The translations under genes were made by a program, and so were the position numbers. A stretch of 64,000 nucleotides of DNA from positions 19,902,001-19,966,000 of the forward strand of contig OZ231126.1 in NCBI GenBank assembly GCA_965153355.1, written 5' to 3'. This DNA is from Flaccisagitta enflata. Lineage: Eukaryota. A model generated the notes under the pieces. It had not been told where the DNA came from, made no database searches, and saw nothing but the letters and a program-made list of their open reading frames with translations. This document shows, piece by piece, positions 26,097 through 39,287 of the stretch. Each line of letters begins with the position of its first letter. Within the stretch, counting starts at the first letter, position 1.

Positions 26097-26815
26097 CGTT
26101 GTTTATGCTATTGCTGTGTTCGTAGGTAGGCGTGTCTGAAGGTTGGTGATGCGAAATTTTGGATGACGGGAAATCGGGTGAAATAATGATTTCTGACCAT
26201 TATTGCAACTGCCCATGGGGCAGTGCAGTGCCCAGCCGCATTGCAGTCCTAGCCCATCTACATACTGCCTCTACCCACCCGCCAGCGAAGCAGCGTCTAC
26301 ATATTGGCTGTGTGTATCCGACGTTCTCATCCCTAGAATTTACCACACTCTTGTTTGCATACTGTAGATTTGACAACAATGTGAATTTATGAGTATAGAA
26401 AATCAAAAGGAAATCTTTTCTTCATCAAATTAAGAAATCTAAAAGATTTTTCAATGGTTAAAGACTTAAGATCATCAGAACAAAACCATTTTATGTTTTT
26501 TTTTTGTTTGTTTTTTTGAGGCCTTTGAAACAGTTGAGGGGTTTTTCTTTAGTTCAGAAAGCAATATCAACTTTTCTCTTAAACGATTACCGCTTTAAGG
26601 CTGTGCATGGACAAGATATATACAATTCGATCCATTTTGGAGTGGGGGCCAGGGCCACTATCGCGTCCGACAGCTGCCCTCACCTGGCCATCTCATGATT
26701 CGCGTTTCCCAGCCCGTCCTGCTCTTCGTCTCTTTCGTTTTCTCCTTGACCCTTTTTTCTTCCTCTTTTTCTCCCTCCTTTCTTCTTCTTCTTCTTCTTC
26801 TTCTTCTTCTTCTTC

Positions 26816-26847
<32 letters not shown>

Positions 26848-27121
26848 CTTCTTCTTCTTCTTCATCTTCATCTTCATCTTCATCTTTTTCTTTTTCTTTT
26901 TCTTTTTCTTTTTCTTCTTCTTCTTCTTCTTCTTCTTCTTCTTCTTCTTCTTCTTCTTCTTCTTCTTCTTCTTCTTCCTCATCACTTTCTTCAGTTACTG
27001 CTCATTGTGTTTCAACGTTCAAGTCGTTTTCTTTGCCTACAAGGGTTTTCCTCGCCAGTTCCTTCAATCCCGTTTCTTGTTTGGTCCGGGGTTTAGGCGC
27101 GTATTCATCCGCGTTTTTCTT

Positions 27122-27312
27122 AACAAGGCCGTATACATTGCTACCCCAGTCGAGTGCGGTTGGGGAAAGGCCATATTTGAGGTGACTAGAGCATTTGGCT
27201 AGGCGCAGTAGGGCCAAAGACCGCAAAAACATAAAAAAAAAATAAGAAATAAAGTGATGGACGGATGGACGGACGGACGGACACAACCGTGTGTACAGTT
27301 GCGTGGCATGCC
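27122..27312 (-). mobile_element. HINE/DINE-1-like element (family A), diverged
   Basis: AACAAGGCCGTATACA end, (GGAC)n, degraded AGTTGCGTG end. Resembles the reverse complement of the 14781 copy. Confidence 0.65.
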
Positions 27313-28118
27313 ATCTCGTCATATTTCTTATGAAAATTTGAAAACACGCCTTCAGCCATAAGGAAGTCTCAGTTGTGATTGTACGCCAAGCAAAAAGAGA
27401 GAATACCCAATGTAGTCGAAATGTGATAGAGTTGCAAGGTAACGCCTGATTGTGCCCATCAAGAGGATGACTTAGGTGACCCTAAGAGGGAGAGGGTCAT
27501 GCAAGAGGGAGATGTCGTGATGAAGTGATGAAACCGGGATGATGGGTGAAGAGGATGTCTGTGAAACGAAATGGAGTATTTGATTTATTTGGGGAAAAAT
27601 AGATGTTAATGACAATGACACCAGCCGAGTAGCAGTAAGTCGAGCCAGGCCATGGCTAGGTGATGAAGGTGGGTGAAAATTCAAATTTAAAGGGTTAGAA
27701 GGTCCAATGCCCAAATGAATTTTGTGGCGTTTCTGGCCGGAGTAAAAGGGGAAGTCTCGAGGGGAGAGATTATGCGTAAAGTTTGTGCATATTGCATAAT
27801 GATAATGTAGGTCAGAAACCTCCCTTTTGACTCGAGACTTATTCATGCAAAGCGATTCGCTCGATTTTTTTTTTGTTCTCTCCCTCTTCCCATTATTTCT
27901 AAGTGTGAAAAAGATAAAGAAAGAAAAGAATTGGATAAGAAAAAGAAAAGGAAAAGACGAAGGAGTAGATGAAGTAGTAGAAGAAGAAGAAGAAGAAGAA
28001 GAAGAAGAAGAAGAAGAAGAAGAAGAAGAAGAAGAAGAAGAAGAAGAAGAAGAAGAAGAAGAAGAAGAACAAGAAGAAAAAGAAGAAGAAGAAGAAGAAG
28101 GGGCAAGAGAAGAAGAGG

Positions 28119-28697
28119 AATAGTTGCAAAAGCGTTAGGTGGTCAGCGGTACCCGTGCCCTGCCTAAGTTGGTTGTGGTTGAAGTTGAGGGGGGAGCAGG
28201 GCAGCGGCTCCAAAAGGGTCGATGACCTATGCTTTCACACATATGGGGGATTTTCTCCTCCTCCTCATCCTCCTCCTCCTCCTCCGTCCTCCCCTCAAAT
28301 CCCAGTCCCGCGGCCCAAATTCTGGTCTCAAGGCCCAAATCCCAGTCTTGAGGCCCAAATCCCAGCCTCAAGGCCCAAATTCTAGCCTCAAGGCCGTAAT
28401 CCTAGCCTGGAGGCTGAGATTTGGGCCTCAAGGCCAGGATCTGGGACTCTTGGCTGAGATTTTGACCTTGAGGCTGAGATTTGGGCTTCATGGCTGAAAT
28501 CAGGGCCTCCAGGCTAGGATTTAGGCCTTGAGGCTAGGATTTGGGCCTTGAGGCTGGGATTTGGGCCTTGAGACCGGAATTTGGGCCTCGGGACTGGGAT
28601 TTGAGGGGGGACGTAGGAGAAGGAGGAGGAGGAGGAGAAAATCCTCCATATGTGTGAAAGCATAGGTCATCAACCCCTTTGGGGCCGCTGCCCAAAA
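28119..28697 (-). mobile_element. Foldback HINE-like element (family B), distinct subfamily
   Basis: ~65-bp inverted arms (28199-28265 / ~28627-28693) starting GGGCAGCGG. 21-bp repeats (GCCTCAAGGCCCAAATCCCA-like) flip orientation near 28405. Tail GGTCAGCGGTACCCGTGCCCTGC at 28141. Confidence 0.85.
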
Positions 28698-29174
28698 AGA
28701 AGAACAAGAAGAAGAAGAAGTGGGAAACATATGCCAGCCCTCTTCTTTGTACTTTGTCTACATTTCTGTGAACACATTTCTTCTCTTTCTTCTTTGTCTC
28801 CACACCTTCTTCCTCTTCTGTCCATCCTCTTCTGTGTCTTCCTCCTTTTTGGTCTCCAAGGAATCTCTGAGATCCTCCGCTGAAGGCAAATCGCGTCTTT
28901 GCGTCTTTCAATCTCCCCAAACGTCGTCACTGTGGTGGCAACCAGTGTGGTCCTCCACTGTGGTGGCCACTAATGTGGCTGTGGGTCTATGTGTCAGTGT
29001 GCTACTCACTGTGGTGACAATGTGACTGTGGATATCTGTGGTTCCCTCTGTGGTAAAACACAGTGTGGCGTCTGCCAGTGTGGAAATAGGTTCATTTTTT
29101 TTGTGTAGCATGTCTAAGCGCGTCTTTGTGTCTTGTATGCTGGCTTGGCTATTTTGCATCTGCCCTTTTGTCTT

Positions 29175-29232
<58 letters not shown>

Positions 29233-29264
29233 CTTCCGTGTGTCTGTCCGTCTGTCTGTGTCTA

Positions 29265-29399
<135 letters not shown>

Positions 29400-29491
29400 A
29401 AATTGCCATTTTCTACATTCAGGAAGACGAATGAATGGATAGAAATGTAAATTTGGCGACCTTCTTTTCGCCATTATTCGATCTGGACATA

Positions 29492-29544
<53 letters not shown>

Positions 29545-29908
29545 GTGCGTTCGTTTTCTCACTCACATTCTCATATCCTTGGCATCATCTGTGTCGTATG
29601 CCCGAGGGACTTGTATACTTTCATTTCTGTCTTCCGTTGCTCTTAATCCCTTCAGCCTCACCCCCCCTTTCTCCCCTCTTTCATGAGCCTGACCCCTCAT
29701 CGGTTCTCTTGCTACACTTCCTTCCTTTCAACCTTTCTTTCTCGAAACGGCTTTGAACTCTCAACCCTTCCTTTCCTCTTTTGGATGCCACGATGTAGAC
29801 GGAATTTCTTCTGACCTACTTCCACTTAACTCACCCCCCCTCCCCTCCCCAGCCATCTTCTTCCCATCGTCTGTTACTATTGAGTTGTTGTTATTTACTC
29901 CACTACTT

Positions 29909-30877
29909 TTTGGGCAGCGGCCCCGAAGGGGACGAAGTCCTGTAGAACACAGGGGACTTTCGTTCGTTCGTTCGTTTGTCCGTTCGTTTGTTCGTTGGTC
30001 CCCCCTGTCCCTCTCAGGCCTGAAATCTGCCCTCTCAGGCCTAAAATCTGCCCTCTCAGGCCTGAAATCTGCCCTCTCAGGCCTTGAATCTGCCCTCTCA
30101 GGCCTAAAAATTTGCCCTTTCAGGCCTGAATCCTGTCCTCTCAGGCCTGAATCTGCCCTCTCAGGCCTTAAATTTGCCCTCTCAGGCCTGAAATCTGCCC
30201 TCTCAGGCCTAAGATCTGCCCTCTCAGGCCTAAGATCTGCCCTCTCAGGCCTGAAATCTGCCCTCTCAGGCCTTGAATCTGCCCTCTCATGCCTGAAAAT
30301 TTGCCCTCTCAGGCCTTGAATCTGCCCTCTCAGGCCTGAAAATTTGCCCTTTCAGGCCTGAAACCTGTCCTCTCAGGCCTGAATCTGCCCTCTCAGGCCT
30401 GAAATCTGCCCTCTCAGGCCTGAAATCTGCCCTCTCAGGCCTAAAATCTGCCCTCTCAGGCTTGAAATCTGCCCTCTCAGGCCTTGAATCTGCCCTCTCA
30501 GGCCCAAAAATTTGCCCTTTCAGGCCTGAAACCTGTCCTCTCAGGCCTGAATCTGCCCTCTCAGGCCTGAAATCTGCCCTCTCAGGCCTGAAATCTGCCC
30601 TCTCAGGCCTGAAATCTGCCCTCTCAGATTCAAGGCCTGAGACGGCAGATTTCAGGCTTGAGAGGGCTGATTTTAATCCTGAGAGGGCAGATTTCAGGCC
30701 TGAGAGGGCCTGGGGGGCGGACGGATGGACGGACGAACAGACGAACGAAAGTCCCCTGTGTTCTACAGGACTTCGTCCCCTTCGGGGCCGCTGCCCTGCC
30801 TCTCATTCCGAATTACAACCATGCAAAGCAGGGCAACGGGTATCGCTGACCACGTATTGCCCTTGGGCGACCTGTTT
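29909..30877 (+). mobile_element. Foldback HINE-like element (family B), longest copy
   Basis: 56-bp perfect inverted arms 29912-29967 / 30741-30796, ~30 units of CTCTCAGGCCTGAAATCTGCC, 3' tail ending GCCCTTGGGCGACCTGTT. Confidence 0.88.
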
Positions 30878-31983
30878 CTTTATTCTACAGTATTTTTTCT
30901 CCCTCGCTCTCTCTCCCGCTCCCCCTCACCTCTTTCCCTGCCTGCCACTTCTCCTCCTCTACTTCTCCTCCACTTCTCCTCCTCCTCCTCCTCTTCTTTT
31001 TTCCGTTTCCTTTTTCCTTTCGCCCTCTCATCTTTCTTCCATTCCATCGCTGACCTCCCACGAGAGTTGTATACTTCTGCAGCTAAAGGAAAAAGAAAAG
31101 AAACGAGAGAAAGAGAGAGAAAAAGTGAAAAGGAGAAAAAAAGAAAATGTTGTTGAGAAGGAATAAAAAAGAGAAAAGAGAAAAAGAGGCAGTTGAAAGA
31201 AAGAAAGAGAAAAATCCAAAGAAACGTGTTTCTGGCCTTTGGCAAGCGTTTGACCCGCCTGAGGGCAAAGAAACGGCGGAGGCCGAATTCACCTTTGCCT
31301 CCTGAGGAATTGAGGATTTGAAGGAACCTGCCACCTTGTCTTGTTTCTCTGCTACTGCTACCACTACCCACCCTTTGCGACAGAACCTGCCACCTTTTCT
31401 TGTTTCTTTATCATTGCCACCACCACTCAGCTTTTCCGACATCATCCACCATCTTTTTACGTCCCTATACCACTGCCACCATAGCTTATCCTTTAGGACA
31501 AAACCGTCCAAATTTTCTTGTTCCTCTACTACTGCTTCTACAATTGCCGCTGTCACTACCACTTCCACCCTCTGACACTTTTTCTTCCTTTGTCACCACT
31601 CTATCCATTGATTTACAGCACTTAGATGAACTTAACAGATAAAACAGTAAATCATACATACAGCTGGAGTGAGACGATGGTTTCGGATTGTACTCAGCGT
31701 TAAGACATCTATATCAATATCAGATACAATTGTTTAATGCTTACTACTTCGCCTCACCTGAGCAATTTCGGCTTCTCTTCCGACAAACTCCGTCTTTTCC
31801 ATCTCATTCTCTCTCATTCTGAATGTCCTTCATGGTCAATTTCTCTCTCTTTCTGACACCCGACAGACCAACACCCATACAAGACAGATTGAGGGACTCT
31901 TAGAACCACTTTAGAGCTTCCAATGACTTTCTTCTTTCCTACTTCTCTCTCTCTCTCCTTTTCCCATCTAAAGTCAATGAAAG

Positions 31984-32061
<78 letters not shown>

Positions 32062-32214
32062 TTACATTGACGTTACGGCTTTCTACGGGTAATTCATAAC
32101 CTCTAAGTGCACTCATGGTGTCACCATAATGTACTGCGGTTTCTACATCTTAAATTACGCGAGAACAGTTGAGGTTACTGGTGCCACTTTGAAAGGAAGA
32201 TGCATAAAGAAAGA

Positions 32215-32317
<103 letters not shown>

Positions 32318-32417
32318 AAGTGAGCTACATCGAGAGAGCTATCCATTGCCATCAAGAGTAATAGGTTCTTGATTATTCCGTCCTCACGCCATATTGGATC
32401 GGATGACCACGACCGAA

Positions 32418-32508
<91 letters not shown>

Positions 32509-34694
32509 CAATAGATGGTTTTGTGAGGGGTAGCGCGCACTAATTCCCCGGGCGGCTGACACGAGGGACTAAAGAAAGCAAAGAAGGAAGGAAGGAAGGA
32601 GGGTTGGAGGAAGAATTAGGGAGGAAACAGATGAAGGAGACGAGGAGGGGGGGGGAAAGAAGGTAGTAAGACGGATCAGGACGGAGGAAGATTTTGGAGG
32701 AAGTGTAAGAAAGAAGATAAAAGAAAAGAAAAGAGAGATCGAGAGAAAAAGTAAAAGACCAAGCGGACAACGCAGGAAAAAAGTTGCGGATATAAGCTAT
32801 GAACACTGAAAAGAGATGGTAAGGAGAGACAGGGGCCGGGGATGAGAAATGCCCGGGAAGGATGCAGAGGATCAAGGGAAGGAAGCGAGGAAGGCGGAAA
32901 GGGAGGACCGGGGCCAGAGCAGAGAGATTCCCGGGCCGCGGGGATGACGCAAAGGACCAATGGCACTCAACTCATTTTCCCGAAATCTGCTTTTGCTCCA
33001 AAATCTCCCGGGAAATGAAAAAACGGGACGCGGGTCGCCAACGACAGGGGCGACCGACTGGGGGGGGGGGGGAGATGAGGACTGAGGATAGGCTTTGTGG
33101 AAAGGGTTGTGTAAGTATTGGACATTTCCGGACTGTCTACATGTTAGGGATCAAAACGGTCGACCTCACTCTCTGGACGTAAAATGACGTCTTTAGCCTG
33201 ATTTACATACTGACTTAGAAACAGTTCTTTTGATATCCCGACAGTTGTATAATGTCACCCTTATAAATTTATGACCATTTTATCAAATTGTATTTTTGCA
33301 GTAAAAACAGTGTTGTTGTAGTAAGAATTGCGCATTAAAAGAGCGGACTTTAATCTTCTTACTTCTGTCTCCATTCCCCTACCTCCGATTTGCTTTGTCA
33401 ATATAGTTAACGAAAGCCCATATTCCGTGGAGTCATCACATCGGCACGGCTATGCACGGTGGTTCACCGTGTAGTATGGGAACACGTGGCATTGCTTTGT
33501 ACTTCATAGTAACAATCCTGGCAGTGTTTGTATCTAACAGAAAATTGTTGTTTGTGAGGTACGAAGACATGTCTCATTGTGTTGTCCTTTCCTCACGAGA
33601 GTCCCAAGAGAGGTCTCAGTGCCACGTTCAATCTCAGTCCGGTCCATTTCCCCCGAGAATGGCCCAACCAAGTGACGAAAAATCCACCAGTCTGGACCAC
33701 CAATGAGTTCAATGTTTTGGTGGTTCTTTCCCTATGATAGTGTTATATGGATTTATGTACATCAGTTTTATAACATTACTTCTCAAAAATCAACTGTCCA
33801 AATACAAATGATCATATACTTGCAGTTGGTTGCATTTTTGTAGTATTTTCGTAAATCTCAAATAATGCAAATGAATAGTTATTTCATAATTAATTCATTA
33901 CAAAATTATCAACATTAAAAAAATTTTGCATGGGAAAAATGGTTTGACAAACCTTGGTCCAGACTGATTGTCCACCTCGAGATATTTTGAGAAAAAAAGG
34001 AAAGAAAAAAGAGAAAAAGGAAACCAAAGAAAGCCCAGGAGATCAAAAAGCCAAGAAGGAAGATTCTTTCGGAAAGAGGAGGCGGAGGAGGAGGAGGATG
34101 GAGGGAGGATGAGGAGGAAGAGATGACAGAGGAAAGGGGGCAGCTCAAAAGTTAAGGCACGCCGAAAGAGCAAAAAATATAAGAAAAAAAAAGAAGGCTT
34201 TCTGTGTCTGACCAGGAATTTGGTCACAAAGAAAATTGCATCTTTGACGAGGATGAGTATCGAGGAAGAGAATATGGAGGAGGAAGGAACGTGAAGGTAG
34301 AGGAAGGAAAATCTAATCCAAGAAAATATGAAAGAAAACATGGAAATAGCGGGAGGAAATGAGAGGGAGAAAGTGGGGGGCATAGGGTACTCGTGAACTG
34401 GGGCGTTAGAAAAAAAAAAGACACTTGCAAGTCACAAAGGATGAAAAACCAATCGTGGGAGGGAGGAGATATTGAAAAAGAATGAGAGGGCCGTGGAACT
34501 AAGAGAGGGGGAAAATATGGTAAGATGGTGACAAAGGTAACAAATATGTCTCTCTCTGTCTCTCTCACAAATGTCTCTGTCTCTCTCTGTCTCTCTCAGT
34601 CGCTATGCTCAGGTTCAATCTCGGGTTCAAGAGAAAAGAATCTTTTTCCTATTTCCTTGTGGACCAAAAACAAAACTTTGGGATTAATCTCTCC

Positions 34695-34730
<36 letters not shown>

Positions 34731-35429
34731 GTGTCTCTCCTTTCGTCATTGCGCGAGCATGTGTCAACCTCCATTCTTCTCTGTCACTACCTCCAGATAA
34801 TTCTTACCGTCATTCCTCGACTTTCGTCATTCATCTTCCATTCTTACACTTTTTTCTCAGTTTTACCTCATATTTTTACCATACCCTACTTCGTCCCCTT
34901 GAGCTTAGCGAGCGAATTGGTCAAGTTGGTTTCCTTATCCACTACCACCTTCTCTTCGTTCCCTTTTTACGCCATTCTCTTCCTATCGACCTTTTATAAA
35001 TATACATTGGTTCAGTCAATAAGATAGTGTTTTGATATAAATCGGTTCCCTGAGTGCAACCCAAAAATGTTAAAAAGCCACAATTTAGACAATACTGACA
35101 CAGACACGCCACGTCAAGGACAACATTGTCACGACGCACCAAATGCAATACTGTCACGCCACGCATAAGACGATACTGACACTGACATGCCACGCCAAAG
35201 ACAACAACGTCTCGCCACCCCAAAACTGTCGACTGTCAAGAATCAGTAAGAACTTCTCCTTGCTCTTGCTTAGGTTTTTTTCTCCATTCCTTTTATTCTA
35301 GATTCTATGGCATATCTCGGGAAAGTATTTCCCTAGACCGCGGCTAAACGACATATTCATATGTCCACCATAGCCTAGTTCTTTTTGTCTCTCTTTTTCT
35401 GATTGCGGTCCTGTATCTCCCTTGATAGT

Positions 35430-35461
<32 letters not shown>

Positions 35462-35760
35462 CTGTATGCTCGCGCGAGTGATTCCCTTGTTTTGTCCCTG
35501 ATTGCCGCCATATTGCTTGGAGAAAAAGGATATATCCGCCTCAAGGGGAAAACCTTTTGTTTTGGCCAGAGAAAGAAACTCCTGGTGGACGAAATTCGCA
35601 ATCGCGTCCACCATTTTTTTCTCTCTCTTCTTCCAGCCATTTCCATTTATTATTTCTCCACAGCAGCCATTTTGTAGACTCTGCTTTCCATACATACATC
35701 TTATCTATTTTAAAGTAATTTCAATCAGTTGTAGGTAGGTCAGTCGGCCCACGTCTGAAT

Positions 35761-36144
35761 TTTAAGTCGCGTGCACGCGACTCTACAACCCGCTTTGTTG
35801 GTCCGTCGGTCCGTCGGTCCGTCGGTCCGTCGGTCCGTCCGTCCGTCGGTCCGTCCGTCACACTTTACTTTTTTGTACTATATCGTCAACTCTTAGGTCA
35901 TTTTAAGTCATTTTAAGTCATTTATAGTTGTTCTAAGTCATTTTGAGTCAGTCTAAGTCATTTTAAGTCATTTTAAGTCATTTTAAGTTATTTTAAGTTA
36001 TTTTTGGTTTTTTGGTTTTTCAGTCATTTTAAGTCAATTTTGGTCATTTTAGGTCATTCTAAGTCATTGAAAGTCATTCTAAGTCATTCTAAGTCACTCT
36101 TTGTCTGTAAGTCTCGCACGCGACTTATAGGTGTTGGCCTTGTT
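35761..36144 (+). mobile_element. HINE/DINE-1-like element (family A) with central 10-bp tandem array
   Basis: AGTCGCGTGCACGCGACT 5' palindrome, (GGTCCGTC)n, (GTCATTTTAA)n, 3' subTIR GCACGCGACT, GGCCTTGTT end. Confidence 0.85.
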
Positions 36145-37124
36145 GTTGAACATCTTCTTTCTCATGCTTCTTTCTTCTAAATTCCTTTCTTACCTCCATA
36201 GAAAAATAGACTTGGTGCTTCGAATTTTGATAAAATTTTGATTGAAGTGTTCGCTTATCATCTAAGATGTTTTTGGTAGGATGCAAAGTTACGTATGAAA
36301 GTTGAAACAACATTGCCCTTATAAAAGGAGGCCAGAATTCTTCAATATACAAAAGATGAAAGCCTTGCAAGCTTTCAATGATGTTTACTCCTGATTGCTC
36401 ACAACTATCCTTTGCTACTGACAAACAAAAAGCTTACCTTACAAAACTATCAGCTTGACTGCATACCTCATTAGTATAGGGTTTGACAGGCCTATGCCAT
36501 TTAGTATACACAAAATATCTTACAAAAGTTACAATCAAACATATATGAACAATATAAACAATATATAACAAATTTTGAGCGCATCATCTGTTATTGGACC
36601 GTGGCATTGTTTTTGCTTTGGGTTTGTCCTTGGAGGTCGCTCAGGTGACTCTGGATCTATCTTTTTCTCTTTCTGTCTCTTATTATTCTTTTATTTACCT
36701 TCATTCGCATTCTTTTGTTATCTCTGTGTTTATTCTAAGCGCGCAGAGTTCAGTTATTACTCTCATTCATCGCTTTCGGTTTTTCGGGGGGAAGCTCTGT
36801 GGTCAATGTCGCAGAGGTAATTGTCTATCAATGTCCACAGTGAATTATATTTTTGGTCTTGTTTTTCCTTTTGCCGCAAACGGAGATGTCTTCATTTCAA
36901 CTCCATGAAAATGTAAATGCATACAATATACTGAACGAGAAGTTTGAAACAAAAAGACTGTTTCCCTTGAACAGAAAAGTCGAGTGGTGATTGCGGGATG
37001 TGGTTGGCTGCTTAAACATGGACGACGACGGTGGCGGCAGTGACAAGGAACACCTCAATGGCAACAGGGGTGTTGGTGGGAGGAGGGTGGCTAATAAAGC
37101 CAATATGGATTATGGAAATGGCGG

Positions 37125-37500
37125 AAGGCGTGGGGCTGATATTGGTTGTGGTGCCGAAGGGCGTGCGGCTGATGATGGTAGTGGGTACTGAAGGGCGTGG
37201 GGGTGATGTTGGTCGTGGTGTCTCCGGCGTGGTGGTTATGTTGTTTGTGGTGCCAGAAGGCGTGGGGGCTGATGTTGGTTGTGGTGCCTCCGGCGTGGGG
37301 GCGATGTTGGCTGTGGTGCCAGAAGGCGTGGGGGCTGATGTTGGTCGTGGTGTCTCCGGCGTGGTGGTGATGTTGGCTGTGGTGCCTCCGTTGTGGTGGT
37401 GGTGGATGATTTGATAGAAGTGGTGGAAGGCGTGGGGGCTGATGTTGGCTGTGGTGCCTCCGTTGTGATGGTGGTGGTGGATGATTTGATAGAAGTGGCG
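37125..37500. repeat. GT-rich ~30-33 bp minisatellite
   Basis: Repeated GGCGTGGGGGCTGATGTTGG.TGTGGTGCC units. Confidence 0.8.
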
Positions 37501-37958
37501 GCGTTGAGTCGTTGATCGAGGAATCATCTTGGGAAATCTTGATCCTTCTTGCAAAGTGTAATCAAAGGGGAATTTTGGATGAAGGAGAAGATGACGAGAT
37601 GCGAGAAGAAACAGACGGAGAAAGGGAGGAGGAAGAGCTAAGTGGAAATGAGATGAATATATATATGGGAGGAAGAGGATGAAGAAGAGAGGGGGGCGTG
37701 AATTAAAGAGTTTGGGTAAAATCTAAGGTGGAAATTATAAAAGATTAGATAAGATTTCCATACATTTGGTCAAGAGGTGGGGTGAAAGTTCCATAAAGCC
37801 CTATAGAAGCAGATGAAACCGAGTCGAAGAAATTAATCTGTCGTGAACTTCGGGCGTAAAAAACGCTTATCAGTTTATCAAGTTAGGTTCAACTGAGTTA
37901 ACCCAAAATGTAAACACGTGGAAGCAGGTGCAACCAAAGGCGAGAGGTGCGTGGAGAA

Positions 37959-38052
<94 letters not shown>

Positions 38053-38167
38053 AAAAAACTTTGAATAATTTAGTATTTGGTGCAAATTTGGCGGAAACGA
38101 AATCGCAGAACTGAAACTGGAGCTTCAACGCACAAATCGAGATGGATTAGGCCACCAGGGTCTCACA

Positions 38168-38230
<63 letters not shown>

Positions 38231-38421
38231 TAGCCAAAAGCCACTTTTTATACTTATCCGTTCCAAAGCGACGCTGGGGACGATATGAGACAAAGAGAGC
38301 AAAAAGGAGACAGGGATAGACTGACATAGATGGAGACAACCGGCCTCCGATTGTCTATGTTATGATAGCGCTGTGTGTATTGATGTCGCTTTGGCAGTGC
38401 ATGTGTGTGCGCAATCGTTGA

Positions 38422-38559
<138 letters not shown>

Positions 38560-39287
38560 AAGCCCACATACACTCTTCACTCGCGTATCTCTGCTATCTC
38601 TCATTTCTCATTTCTGATATGAATTTTATGAAGCGTCAAGCAATTTTCGCCCTCGAGTGAAATTGTTTTTAATTTGTCTATCAGCGCGAAGGAAGAAGAG
38701 GAGGAAAGAGAAGAAGACGAGGAGGAGGAGAAGGAGGGGAATGAGTAGTCGTGGAGGAAGAAGAGGAGGAGGAGGTGTGGGTGTAATTTGATTACATCTT
38801 TGTTATATTAGGCGAATGGTGGTTATCTCTCCCTTTAAAGTGCTTCATTTATTTTTTCTATTCCTATGACTGACCGCGGAGGAGGATGAGAGATGAGGAG
38901 GAGAGAGAACTGCAAATAAATGGGGGGGGGGGGTAAAGTGGGTGAAGGAAATTAAGAGAAAGTGATAGTAGATTGATAGCACAAATCCATGATGTAAGAA
39001 GTAATCAATTTCAACTACATGTTTGGGTTGTTGACGATCAAAAAAAAAAAAAAAAATTTAATCATCTGATTCGGTTCAAAGCGGTTCCACTGTACTGGCA
39101 GCTCATCGAGGGGAAACGAAGGCGGAAACAGTAAAGAGAAGCCAAAGCGTCTCTCGGTAAGATCGTGGGTGCGGCATATGCGAAAGATTAATGACTGGTG
39201 GTAATTGGGTGCAACCAACCGAAATGATGAGAGATATTATATCCATTACCGCAAGTGGGCAAATGTGCCACACTTCAGCGGAACATA

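Noticed and set aside
26205..26325. Hairpin ACTGCCC..GGGCAGT and GTGTATCCG, reminiscent of family A/B ends
   Set aside because: Too degraded to define subTIRs or boundaries by eye.
29990..30720. CRISPR-like regular repeats
   Set aside because: Head-to-tail tandem units with no unique spacers, no cas genes, eukaryotic context.
33455..33471. Short hairpin CACGGTG-GTT-CACCGTG, possible collapsed MITE
   Set aside because: Only a 7-bp stem and no matching family in the window, so compatible with chance.
37012..37554. 180-aa Pro/Thr-rich mucin-like ORF on the minus strand
   Set aside because: Coincides with a GT-rich minisatellite, with no signal peptide or domain and no supported splice structure.
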